This document shows, in pieces, positions 22,706-33,298 of a stretch of DNA of 64,000 nt (the stretch's first letter is position 1; each line of letters begins with the position of its first letter). The notes below the pieces were generated by a model. The model did no database searches, was not told where the DNA came from, and saw only the letters and a list, made by a program, of their open reading frames with translations. The position numbers and the translations under genes are program-made. This DNA comes from Epithemia pelagica (lineage: Eukaryota; Protista; Bacillariophyta), in assembly GCA_946965045.2 (NCBI GenBank), contig OX337230.1, forward strand, positions 1,488,001 to 1,552,000. Reading direction: 5' to 3'.

Positions 22706-23737
22706 ATGACGAACAACGTGTGCACCATGAGCCATGCCACCAAGGATCTCTCCGTTGGACCAGCGGATGAGGGGACAAACGAAGATGAGCGGGACTCGAA
22801 AAGTTGTGCCTGCGAATCGGTCCCTACCATTGCAAGAGCTTCGGATACGGAAGAAGAGGATGAGACGGATGCCGGAGCGATCGTGGAAGAAAATGAGGAT
22901 GATGATGATGACGGTATGTTGGAGTTGGGATTCATGTTTGAAGGGGGTCAACCGACTCGTCGAGAAAGGTTTCAATGGGAGGTACCAGATGGTCTCCGAT
23001 CAATTGAAGTGACGTTGGATATCGCCGATGACGATCCAGGGGCGGTGCAATCGGGCCATTATTTGTGGCCGGCGGCCCATCTCTTGGCCAATTACCTTGT
23101 CCAACACTACTGCCCTGGTTCTGACAACAGCAGGATCTTGGGAAATGATTCTTCATCGCTGCCACAGCCCATAGTGGTGGTCGAATTGGGAGCAGGATGT
23201 GCACTCTGCTCATGTGTTGCATGGCAACTTTGGGCCAATACCTTGCAGTGTCTAGTGATTACGGATCATGATCCAGGAACCTTGGAGCGTGCTCGTAACA
23301 ACCATGAAACGACGCTGGAAACCTTGCTTGACAAGGACTTTATGAGTGAAGATGACTTTAACTCCACCATCAACAACCTTGGCAGTATTCCAACTAACTT
23401 TGAATCACTGGAATGGGGAAATGTCAAAGAAATGGTTCAAGTTCAAGCTATCATGGCAGAACATTCGGTTCCATCCCAGAGACATGCCGATTATATTTTG
23501 GGAAGTGATTTGATTTACGACGTGGCTGTCGTGGAACCACTGTTTCGAACAGCCCACCAATTCTTGCAATCGGGCAAGGGTCGCTTTCTCTTGTCCCAAA
23601 GTTTTGCCTATGAAAAGGCCACCGAAGATGAAATCCAACGGTGTTGTCGACAGCTAGGTTTCAATCGAACAACGCTAGTGGAAGAACAGGATGGAAAACA
23701 TAAAATCCAAGAATTCTACCTTACCACAACCTCGTGA
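22706..23737 (+). CDS. Seven-beta-strand protein methyltransferase, family 16 (METTL21/23-like)
   Basis: QSGHYLWPAA, VVELGAGCAL, ITDHD, LEWG, ILGSDLIYD. Confidence 0.85.
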   Translation: MTNNVCTMSHATKDLSVGPADEGTNEDERDSKSCACESVPTIARASDTEEEDETDAGAIVEENEDDDDDGMLELGFMFEGGQPTRRERFQWEVPDGLRSIEVTLDIADDDPGAVQSGHYLWPAAHLLANYLVQHYCPGSDNSRILGNDSSSLPQPIVVVELGAGCALCSCVAWQLWANTLQCLVITDHDPGTLERARNNHETTLETLLDKDFMSEDDFNSTINNLGSIPTNFESLEWGNVKEMVQVQAIMAEHSVPSQRHADYILGSDLIYDVAVVEPLFRTAHQFLQSGKGRFLLSQSFAYEKATEDEIQRCCRQLGFNRTTLVEEQDGKHKIQEFYLTTTS

Positions 23738-24362
23738 AAAGAGCTGTTTGGTAGTGGGACAGCTTTGGCCATCAGTGCGTTGTGGTGCTATTCCCGAAGC
23801 GCTTGAACACGTGAACTACAAGAGAGTCGACGAACCAACGTGTTTGGTACGATGAATACCGAGGTGGGGGTTGTGCACACGGTTTCTTTTTGTTTTCCTC
23901 TATGTTGTATCCAGAGGTAATTACCCTGCCCTGTGATGTGAGGAATCGCTTCATCGCTCTCGAAAAGATCAAACTCTGCTTAGAAAATAGATTCTGTCAC
24001 GTTCATAAAACAGCATACTACGCCTTAGTGGATAGAGATAGATAAGGTAGCCATGGTGTAGGGGGACTCCTCTAGAAACACACGACTCCTCCATGGCGTT
24101 TGGGATTCTTGAGAATAAAATAGAAGTAGCTGAACTTAATAGATCCAATCGATGGAGAGTTTCATTGTGACCCCAAATTTGGGGGGCGCCCGCCGTCGCA
24201 GCGGAGAGAGACTGCATAGATTTTTTTCCTCCTGGGTGTGTCTGTGTTGTTGATTGTTGTTTTGTTGTTGTGCCTTGGCTGCTCTTGCTACTGGCATGCA
24301 TGTTACATCCAGTGGCTTGTGATTGAAGACAACACTACACAGCAAGGAAACGAAGAAGCAAC

Positions 24363-27300
24363 ATGGAACGCCGAAACAGCAGGAAACGGTCCCTGTTGGA
24401 TCAGATGGAACTGGTAGCCGAGGAACATGAATCCGAAGAATTATCTCGTGCCTCGTTTAAGGTCGTCGAAGGAGATTTTTATGCCGACCAACGAGGAGTC
24501 GGTGGCGATGACGACGATGATGATGACGAAGAAAGGGATTTGAACGAAATAGAAAAAGTGCTGACCATGATAGAAGCACCAAATCTAGACGCAACAATAT
24601 ATGAAGGAGAAGAAGAAACTTCCGATGACGAAATAGAAGCGGAGGAAGACGAGGAGGATCTTTCGAGTGCAGCCGCCGCTGCAGCCATCCAAGGCAGTGC
24701 CCCTGCTCTTGATCCGCTGTACGAAGAAGGAGAAATGGAAGATGAGGAAGAAGAAGAATCAATCAGCATGTTTCACGAACAATCTTTTTACTACGATGAC
24801 AATCAAGGATCAACCTCGACCAATTTCACCACCGAGGGTATCGAGAACCCTCCTCCTGGATACGCTGCGAGGCGAAGTGGCTCATTTGTCGCCATGCGTC
24901 GAAGTGTTCGGAGCAGCGATTCATCTAGTGAACATTTGTCGATAAATTCACTCCCGAATCCCAATATGCTTTCGGAACTTTTGCAAGAAGAGGGCGGCGG
25001 AGGCATGGCGGCACAACGACGCTCAGGAACGGAAGCTTCGGGAAGATCGAGTAAACGCCGATCCAACTTTTATCGTCAATCTATCGTCATTCCTGAAGGA
25101 AATAGTGGGTCCGAAAGTGATGTGTATTCCAGTGCTGGACTCGATTCTTCGGTCAATAGCAGTACCAGCCCTAGACGACTCGGCCGCATGATGTCACGTG
25201 CAGCAATGCTCAACTCCCGTCGTTCTTCGAGGCGCAGCTCGAATCGATCTGTCATGACGGGGGATAACTCATCGGCTACTAGTGGCAGTAACAACACTAT
25301 CGATATTGCAACTGCCGTTGATCGTCTGGAATCTTCGGTTGACATGGAAGGGACAAATTGGGAACATACCGTGGCAGCGGCTCAAGTGGTGGCGGCCTCC
25401 GCACCTGGTACTAAGCGACAAACGAAGCAATACACCGCTGATGAGCATGTATTGGTCTTGCTTAATCTACTAAATCTTCAAAATCACGGGGTCGATGACC
25501 CGGCTGATTTCACAATATCACCTGTTAACGAACTGGGTTATCCTCGAGGAAAAGGACGCACCGAGATTCAGAAGCAAGGGCCCTTCAGCTATCTTATATG
25601 TACTGTTACTGTCGTTCATTTTGATGAAGACGAGAGGTACTACACCGTGCGTCGTGGGGATACTGGCAGTGAACAACGCGCTGATCCCAGTGTCATGAGG
25701 CCTGTTTCGGATGAAGCCGTTATTGAAATGGCGTTCAAAGCCGCCAAACGCACGCGAAGACATGATGCTGAACTCAGCGCACGAGGAGTTGAAGAGAGGG
25801 GCCCTCTCGAGAAATATTTGCGGGCAGTGAGAGAATGGCCTGTCCGGTTCTACCGAAAGAAGTTGGTTCCTTGGTATTGTACCACGCGTGCTCGAGTCAA
25901 AGTTGTTTCGGCTCATTTGTTGCATGGTGACACTGGATACGCCTTCAAGATGCAGTTGACTGGAATCAACTTCCTGGTGGTTTGCAGTTTCATTTATCTC
26001 TTCAACGATGTCTTTACATTGTCGTTCTTGCCATCGTCGTGGGATTATGAAAGTGCTGTCATCGGTTTAATTGTTTGGATTGTACTCTTCTTGGAACTTT
26101 TGTTTGAAGGCCTTATTCGTCCTGATAATTACAAACAACTCAAAACATCTGACAAGGCATATGCACCATCAACAGCGCGAAATATCAACGCGTTTCATCT
26201 TTTCTTCGAATCAGCCGCATTGTTCCTCTACATTCCTCAATTCCCTTGTGTCGTTAGCAAAGATAGATGTGGAGATGACACGTTTTTCGGAAACATTTAT
26301 GCTTCCATTCTGGCGACGACAAGCACGGAACTCTACAGAGCTGCGTTTGGTCGGGTTATCCTTGGACTCACTTTTCTACGTGTGTTCGGTTTGGTTCGAC
26401 ATTGGAAGCAGATGTGGCTGAGCAACGTCTTTGAAAATGATAGTACCAACAGTCGTGTTATTCGACGTGTTTTGTTAATGGGTGCGGACAGTCAGTGCAG
26501 AAAGCGGGCCATCTTCCGCCGCAGCAGCAAGAAAAAGGAGGAAAACGATGACGATTCGGTTGAGGAATATTCTCCAGAGAAGGAATCGAAGTCAACTGGT
26601 GAGGATCAAGACCTCAAGAATGCTGCCAATATTGGCACTGCCTTGATGACTGTCAACTCCCACCGAGTATTAGTGCTGATCCTTGTTATCGGGGTTGTTT
26701 TCCCGGCCATATATGCTATCCAAACGGGAAATTACGTGAACCAGCAAATGGTGGATCTTCTTCTGGCCAACAATCTGGTCGCTAACACGACAGATGAGTG
26801 TGACTATTTGCAGACTGCTGTCACCAGCTGGCTCGCCGGCGTCTCCCGCGCTCCATCACATCAACGCTACATCTTGGGAGGGGAAGCTGATAGCCACGTT
26901 GTTTGGGCTCGGCTTCTTCCGGTTCGATGCCCATGGCAAAGATCCGATGGTGTGATAACTGATTGTTCTTACTTAGCTGTCGGCAACGACGAAACGTGTG
27001 CTATTTGGGCTGAGGGACCGGAGGATGCAAATGATGCATCACCAGAGTATTTTGCGAAGACACTGGAGCTCAGAGTTGGCGAACTGCAAGAATACGAAGA
27101 ATCTGCTCTTTCCGACTTCGGAGTTGTTGGGAACCAAACCGTTTACTACGTCGAATCTATCAATGACCTTTCCCACACTATCACGTCGACTTTCCGATCC
27201 TTGTTTTTGTTACAAGTCAGTATGCTTCTAGCCGCGCTCTGCGGTTTGACAGTGATGCGAGGCGATGCTGGTAGACTGGTTTTGGACCCACTTCAGAGAA

Positions 27301-28799
27301 TGCTGAAGATTGTTGTGCGATATGCCGAAAATCCTTTGTCCCGAACACTATCGGGAAGGAGAAAGGGCTCAGGAATAAGGAAATCAGCCTGTGACAATTC
27401 TGCTGAGCAACTTGGTAGCTACGAAACAGACCAACTAATCAATGCAATTGCGAAAATTGCAGATTTGCTGAGAAAATGTTGGGGTGTAGCTGGTGCTGGA
27501 ATTATATCGTCCAATCTTGCCCGGACGAAAGATGGAAAGACAGCAGTCTTCAATCCTACCGTCCCTGGAAAACGTGTGTATGCATTGTTCGGGTTTGTGG
27601 CAATCCGTGAATTTGACATGATGCTTCGAGCTTTGAAGGATGATGTGATGGTGCTGATCAACGATGTGGCCCGAGTGGTCCATGACGAAGTTTTCCGGTG
27701 GTCGCTTGGTGACAGCGGTCAATGTAACAAGAATTTAGGTGCTGCCTTTCTCATGGTTTTTCGTATTGGTGATTTCTCGGAAGTCCATGACAGGAAGAAA
27801 CGAGCCACGGCTGTTGTGTTTGATTCGAACCTCAAAGCCCGAACAGCGAAAGTGAAGCGAAGGCGGGGTTCGGGAAACGGACAGAATCTCCGTGCTAGTG
27901 CTCGGCGTCCCACCATGACGAAGTTCGAGTTGGGGGCCAATGGAACATTGCAGCTTGCAAGCTTACCGGGAATCCAGCAGTTCACCGATCGCGCCTTGTT
28001 GGGTCTACTTAAGTCCTATGCGGGAATTCTTCGTGATGACAAAATTGTGCGATGGAACAAAGACTTTCGTTTGGGGGCTGGTGTGGGTTTGTTTTCGGTT
28101 TCCATTATTTATGGTATGGACGCTGGCTGGGCAGTAGAAGGGGCTGTGGGAAGCAACTACAAAATTGATGCAACTTACCTGTCTCCGCATGTGAATATGG
28201 CGTCCCGGATGATGAGTGCATCGAAGCAATACGGTGTAACAATTCTTCTCAGTCAGGCCGTTGAAGAGTTGTTATCAAAACCTGCACAGTCGAAACTCAG
28301 ACATTTGGACACTGTAATTGTGAAAGGAGCTAGCCGTCCACAGGGAATTTACACCTATGACGCTAGAGCAGAAGGCACCAATTTCTTTCTCTTCGACAGA
28401 ATTGGGGAACAAGCCGACCTTGAAGCTGAAAACTACACTGCTGCGTTGTGGGAAACTGATCAGGATCTCAAAGCCATGAGACAACATGTGAATGAGAACT
28501 TTATGAAGAAGTTCAAGAGAGGAGTGGATTTGTACATTTCTGGAGAATGGAAGTCAGCGATTGAACTACTGAAGGAAGCCGACAACATTATGCTTCAAAC
28601 GGTGATCGAAGAGGCATGGATTGACGTGACTGAATTCGGAGATAGTGTTTTTGACTCTCAAACGGACGATGAGGAAATCACCAGACTGCGAAACCGATAC
28701 GGCGATGGGGCGTGCAAAAACTTGATCCAATACATGGAACGGAGAAACGCAGTCCCCCCGTCGGATTGGCGCGGATTCCGTGCCTTGATGAGCAAATAA
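24363..28799 (+). CDS. Membrane class III nucleotidyl-cyclase-like protein with an N-terminal voltage-sensor-like TM region; metal-binding Asp residues absent
   Basis: S4-like LRVFGLVR; DPLQRM helix; cyclase motifs LFGFVAIREF, NKNLGAAFL, EGAVGSNYKIDATYLSPHVNMASR. Confidence 0.85.
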   Translation: MERRNSRKRSLLDQMELVAEEHESEELSRASFKVVEGDFYADQRGVGGDDDDDDDEERDLNEIEKVLTMIEAPNLDATIYEGEEETSDDEIEAEEDEEDLSSAAAAAAIQGSAPALDPLYEEGEMEDEEEEESISMFHEQSFYYDDNQGSTSTNFTTEGIENPPPGYAARRSGSFVAMRRSVRSSDSSSEHLSINSLPNPNMLSELLQEEGGGGMAAQRRSGTEASGRSSKRRSNFYRQSIVIPEGNSGSESDVYSSAGLDSSVNSSTSPRRLGRMMSRAAMLNSRRSSRRSSNRSVMTGDNSSATSGSNNTIDIATAVDRLESSVDMEGTNWEHTVAAAQVVAASAPGTKRQTKQYTADEHVLVLLNLLNLQNHGVDDPADFTISPVNELGYPRGKGRTEIQKQGPFSYLICTVTVVHFDEDERYYTVRRGDTGSEQRADPSVMRPVSDEAVIEMAFKAAKRTRRHDAELSARGVEERGPLEKYLRAVREWPVRFYRKKLVPWYCTTRARVKVVSAHLLHGDTGYAFKMQLTGINFLVVCSFIYLFNDVFTLSFLPSSWDYESAVIGLIVWIVLFLELLFEGLIRPDNYKQLKTSDKAYAPSTARNINAFHLFFESAALFLYIPQFPCVVSKDRCGDDTFFGNIYASILATTSTELYRAAFGRVILGLTFLRVFGLVRHWKQMWLSNVFENDSTNSRVIRRVLLMGADSQCRKRAIFRRSSKKKEENDDDSVEEYSPEKESKSTGEDQDLKNAANIGTALMTVNSHRVLVLILVIGVVFPAIYAIQTGNYVNQQMVDLLLANNLVANTTDECDYLQTAVTSWLAGVSRAPSHQRYILGGEADSHVVWARLLPVRCPWQRSDGVITDCSYLAVGNDETCAIWAEGPEDANDASPEYFAKTLELRVGELQEYEESALSDFGVVGNQTVYYVESINDLSHTITSTFRSLFLLQVSMLLAALCGLTVMRGDAGRLVLDPLQRMLKIVVRYAENPLSRTLSGRRKGSGIRKSACDNSAEQLGSYETDQLINAIAKIADLLRKCWGVAGAGIISSNLARTKDGKTAVFNPTVPGKRVYALFGFVAIREFDMMLRALKDDVMVLINDVARVVHDEVFRWSLGDSGQCNKNLGAAFLMVFRIGDFSEVHDRKKRATAVVFDSNLKARTAKVKRRRGSGNGQNLRASARRPTMTKFELGANGTLQLASLPGIQQFTDRALLGLLKSYAGILRDDKIVRWNKDFRLGAGVGLFSVSIIYGMDAGWAVEGAVGSNYKIDATYLSPHVNMASRMMSASKQYGVTILLSQAVEELLSKPAQSKLRHLDTVIVKGASRPQGIYTYDARAEGTNFFLFDRIGEQADLEAENYTAALWETDQDLKAMRQHVNENFMKKFKRGVDLYISGEWKSAIELLKEADNIMLQTVIEEAWIDVTEFGDSVFDSQTDDEEITRLRNRYGDGACKNLIQYMERRNAVPPSDWRGFRALMSK

Positions 28800-28877
28800 G
28801 ATATTTTCTAGTTCATTTACCTGTCTACTGTATGAAACCTAATTTTTGAGTGCAGTGGACACTTATGACGGTACACA

Positions 28878-31800
28878 TCACCGCTTGTTGATCTTTTCGA
28901 GTTCTCTACGCAAAACACCAGCGAGATAGGCAATACGACTTCGCATACCAGTTTTGTCAATGGATGTAAACTTTTGGAGGGCACCAAGAGCACGAGACTC
29001 TGGGAGATCAAAGATCATCCCCATAATGCCCTCATCTGGTGGTTTCTCCACTTGTCCAGTTGCAACGAGGTTCTGTCCGAGCAACAAACAACAAACCTTT
29101 AAGTTTCATTGACCTTACCAAGACAATTGACGCCACCTCATCATGAACTTACCTGGACCGCATATTGGACGCTGGTCGGTAGATCTTGCATGGTCGCTGT
29201 GGTGTGACGAGGAGGACGAGCGCTATTGTTATTGCTATGCATGTTGCTGGGGCGCGCATGGTTCACATTTGGGTGGGGAAACCCCATACCTCCCGCTGCA
29301 TGTGGTGGTCCAAACGAGTTTGGTACGCCGCTGTTCGGATGGTTGGCGAACGAAGGAGCAGAGGGTGGAGGACGCGAGTGTCCAGACACAGAAGATGGAA
29401 GAACAGGAGGATTATTGTTGGACGATGGATAAGAAGGAGGCGCAAGATGCGGTGGGGGTGCATTCATCTTGTTTTGATTGGCCAACGCCGACGAAGCCTT
29501 ATCCGCAAGCGCTAAAATATCCACTGGAACCTGCTGGTTGGGCGGGTTGTGTGGTGGCGGTTGTTGCTGTTGAAGCGGTGGCTGTTGCCACTGGCTGTAC
29601 GAATTGGAAGCGAAGTCACCAGGAGCTTGTGGTGGAGGCTGCTGCGATTGTTGGTGTGGAGGATCCATTTGACGAGGAGGAGGAAGTGCCCCCATGGAAT
29701 TGAACGATTGTTGTTGCTGCTGCTTCTGCTGTGGAGGAGGAACAAATGAGGGTGGCTGTTGTTGTTGCTGTGGAGGATGGTTTCCCATGGGATACAGTTG
29801 TTGCTGCTGTTTCGGTCCGGGAGGGTTACCCATCATGGGCGGCCGCTGTTGAGGAGGTTGCTGAAAGTTGTTATTGGGTGGTGGCTGCTGTTGCATATTG
29901 TTGTTGTTGTTGTAACTTTGCGGTGGTGGTTGTTGACCCATTGGAGGAGTACGATGTTGTTGTTGCTGCTGCTGCTGGAAGGGTTGCTGCTGCTGTGGTG
30001 GAGGAGCCATGTTTCTCCCCATTGGAGGCTGCATACTATTACTGTTGGAAGCAAACCCCTGATTGCCATATTGGTTGTAAGGTTGTTGCTGCTGTTGGTG
30101 GAGAGGCGGCGGTATTCCCTGAGGTTGTTGCTGCTGAGGGGGCATGTACTGATTGCCATTGTTGCCACCCATGGGTGGTGGTGGTGGTGGGGGTGGAATC
30201 GCACCCATGTTTCCACCAGGATGGTTCCCCGGACCATTATTGCTACCCATGGGAGGTTGTTGATTGTACCCCATTGGATTTTGTTGTTGTGGCGGTTGCT
30301 GCTGCCAGGGACGCATGTTTTTATTGCCGTAAGGATCGGCGCGACCAGGGGGTGGTCCGCGATCATTTCCATCACCACCACCATACCGAAAACGATCATT
30401 GTTTTCAAATCGATCACGGGATCGATCGCGCATATTTTGCGGCGGGTTTCGTTCACGAAAGTTTCGATCATTGTTGTTCGGTCTCCCGCCTGGCATGTGT
30501 GGGGACCTATTCGCCATTCCTGGAGGGTGGTTTGGTGGTTGCTGCTGGTGGTGGTGGAAGGGAGGAGGATGGTTGGTACGATCGAATCGATTCGCACGGG
30601 CGGCCGCTTCGGCGGCACGTACACCGGTATCCCCGCGCATGTACCGATTGAGAATTCCCATAAAGTAAGAACCAAAATTACGAATGGTATTCCGTTCGGC
30701 TGACGATAATTCATCAATTGCAAAGAGTGCATCTTTTTCGGAGAGCATGCGAATTTTGCTTTTGACCTTTTCGTTCATTTCCTCAAGCGTACAAAATCCG
30801 GAGGTGACCAAGGTGTCCAAGCGTGCATTCACAACAGGAGTCAATCCTTCCCCCATGGGCAAAATGGCGGGGCCTTCTCCACCGGTAGCACGCTCTTGGA
30901 CGGATACGTAACGCTTAATCACACCATACAAATAGGCACCCTGGTTGCGGATGGATCCACCTTTCACTTCGAGCGCGTCATCGTATTCTTGCAGGGCATC
31001 ATTAGCTAGATTTGGAGGAAGAGATTTGAGTTTGGCCAAGATACTTCCTTCTAGCAGCTTTGGATCAACCGACTGGGGGATTTTCACAGAAGCCGCCAAA
31101 CCATAACGAGTTCCAGGAGAATACTTGGATGCAGCTGCGGCAGACAATGACTCCTTTTTCTGGTTACCATGGTCCACAGGACGCTTACGGGGAACGGTGA
31201 ACGAATCGTCAATATCATCTGCCGAAGCAGTTGGAATGGAAGGATCTGCGACAGGCAAACTTCTGGGAACAGGACCAGACAACGACGAAGGCACCTGAGC
31301 ATCCGTATTAGAAGAGGCAGTGGGAGCTGGTGTGGGATTCTGAACAGGAATACTTTGTTGTTCGGTTACTAGGTTCACGACACCCCCTGATGTATCCGAA
31401 ATTGCCTGAGAGTGATGAGGCACGTGTGGAGTCTCTGTGTTGTCATGCGGTGAAAAATGGGTGGTGACAGTAGAAGATGAAGAAGACAAAAAGGAAGGAT
31501 TCGTTGCTGCTGTCAACGTCACGCTTTCGGATTTCAACGCGGATGGCTCTGTTTGACCTAACGAACTATCTGCTGATTTGGTTCGCTCTTCGTTTCGTGC
31601 TACAGAAGCAGACAAACTAGTAGACGACGACAACGGGGAAACCCCTGGAATAGATCCATCCCGAGGTTCTCCGGATGACGATTGCGGAGAAGACTCCTCC
31701 TCCTCGTCTTCATCACCTCCAAACAGATCCTCATCGTCATCCTCCTCCTCTGTCTGTTTCGATGGACTTAGACTATTTACCTCTTCTTGCTTCAGCGGAG

Positions 31801-31918
31801 CAGTTGCATGTACTCTATCCATTGTGCATAAGCAATTGCTGTTTGCTGCAGCGTATGCTATGGTTACGGGAGCGGGAACAGCGGTGGGACTTTTTGGAAC
31901 CAAAATGCCAGCGGCCAT
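28878..31918 (-). CDS. Protein with three hnRNP Q/SYNCRIP acidic-domain-like helical repeats and a long Q/P/N/G prion-like region (exons 31918-29153, 29072-28878)
   Basis: Repeats [30 protein letters not shown] and [14 protein letters not shown]; 80-bp GTAAG...CAG intron. Confidence 0.75.
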
Positions 31919-32095
31919 TTTGACGCAGTGAGAATCGCGACTCAGGATGGCTCCAACCAGTCACGTTTTCGACGTCACCTCCGGTTTTTCTGGAAAACCA
32001 AAAACTCGTCATTTTCTCTCACTCTGCACACATTCTTATCCCTCGTCAACTTGCACTCTGTTGGAACACCCAAACGAAGCTTTGAGACTGTAACA

Positions 32096-33298
32096 ATGGG
32101 CAGGAAACTCCTTCTTCCCCTCTTGGTAGCCTTGAGTTTGTTAATGGCTGCCAATTTGGTCCTTGCTCCGACGTGGAAAGATGTGCCATACATGCTTGCT
32201 TGGATAGTGGCACAATGGATGCCAATGAACAGCCTTCGAGTATTCCTCCAAGAACGTGCGTGGAAGTATTGGGAACAAGAACGATATCCAGGCTCCATGA
32301 TCAGAGAGTTGGAGGATTCATTGAAAGGTCTAAAACATCCCAAACATCTCCCTGTTCCATCGGTCAATGTAAGAGAACATGGTCATCATTTATCCCAGTA
32401 TCTACAGGACCGCTTCGGCGCCGACTGGCAAAAGCGACCCTTGTTACTCCGTAACTTGTGGACTGCCGACGAACTGGCCGATCCAAGTCGGCGGATCTCT
32501 CTCAATGGTTTGCTTCGAGAAAATTTGACCATCCCCTACTTTGCCGATGCACGCTTGGAGAATGCCTTGTCGCCCAATGCACAAGGTACGGTGGCGTCGA
32601 TTGTGGCCAACATGACACAAGGATATCCCCACAAGATTGGAACACAGTTCGTTGTCCAGGCCTACCCAGACCTTGTAAAGGAAATTGCGCCTCACAACAT
32701 TTTGACCGAGCTCTTTGGCGACTTCTTTTCTCCCGATCATGTCCGAGGGACCATGGCTCCGTGGCTTCCACCACTCACCACCGTTCCCTTGTTTGTGGCT
32801 GCGAGTTCCTATCTGGTGCCAAACGGTTCGAAACCAGAAAAGCCTTCGTTTACTGCGTTGCACTGTGAACCGATTGGCAATGTCGCCGTGCAACTCTCGG
32901 GGTCCAAGCAGTGGACCCTGGTAGATCCAGCCTTTTCCTTTCTCATTCGACCGAGTACGGCTCCTGATGGTCGTGCCTTTTTTGCGAGTTGGAAGCCTAT
33001 CCCAACGCAACAACAAAACGACGATCCAGACGAACCACAAACCACCACTGACGGCTGGGACAAGGTGCCAACGTATACAGGTGTTACATCGGCTGGAGAT
33101 GCCATGTGGGTGCCTACTTGGACCTGGCATCGTGTAGACTATATTGCAGACAATAATAAGGATGGAAGCAATGACATTGCCATTGGCGGATCCCTCTTCC
33201 ATTTTCGACCCAAGGACTTTGTCGTCAACAATCCACTTTTTGCCGTACTCATGATACCAGCCATAATCCTGGAGCTGGTCGGTATCAACACTCAATAA
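32096..33298 (+). CDS. JmjC/cupin-like 2-oxoglutarate oxygenase with N-terminal signal or anchor
   Basis: LHCEP...QLSGSKQWTL, GDAMWVPTWTWHRV (HxE...H triad), hydrophobic N- and C-termini. Confidence 0.8.
   Translation: MGRKLLLPLLVALSLLMAANLVLAPTWKDVPYMLAWIVAQWMPMNSLRVFLQERAWKYWEQERYPGSMIRELEDSLKGLKHPKHLPVPSVNVREHGHHLSQYLQDRFGADWQKRPLLLRNLWTADELADPSRRISLNGLLRENLTIPYFADARLENALSPNAQGTVASIVANMTQGYPHKIGTQFVVQAYPDLVKEIAPHNILTELFGDFFSPDHVRGTMAPWLPPLTTVPLFVAASSYLVPNGSKPEKPSFTALHCEPIGNVAVQLSGSKQWTLVDPAFSFLIRPSTAPDGRAFFASWKPIPTQQQNDDPDEPQTTTDGWDKVPTYTGVTSAGDAMWVPTWTWHRVDYIADNNKDGSNDIAIGGSLFHFRPKDFVVNNPLFAVLMIPAIILELVGINTQ

Noticed and set aside
29731-30732. Long overlapping ORFs (306, 314 and 299 aa) over the Q/P-rich gene
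   Set aside because: Shadow frames of CAG/CAA/CCA low-complexity coding sequence with no domain motifs.
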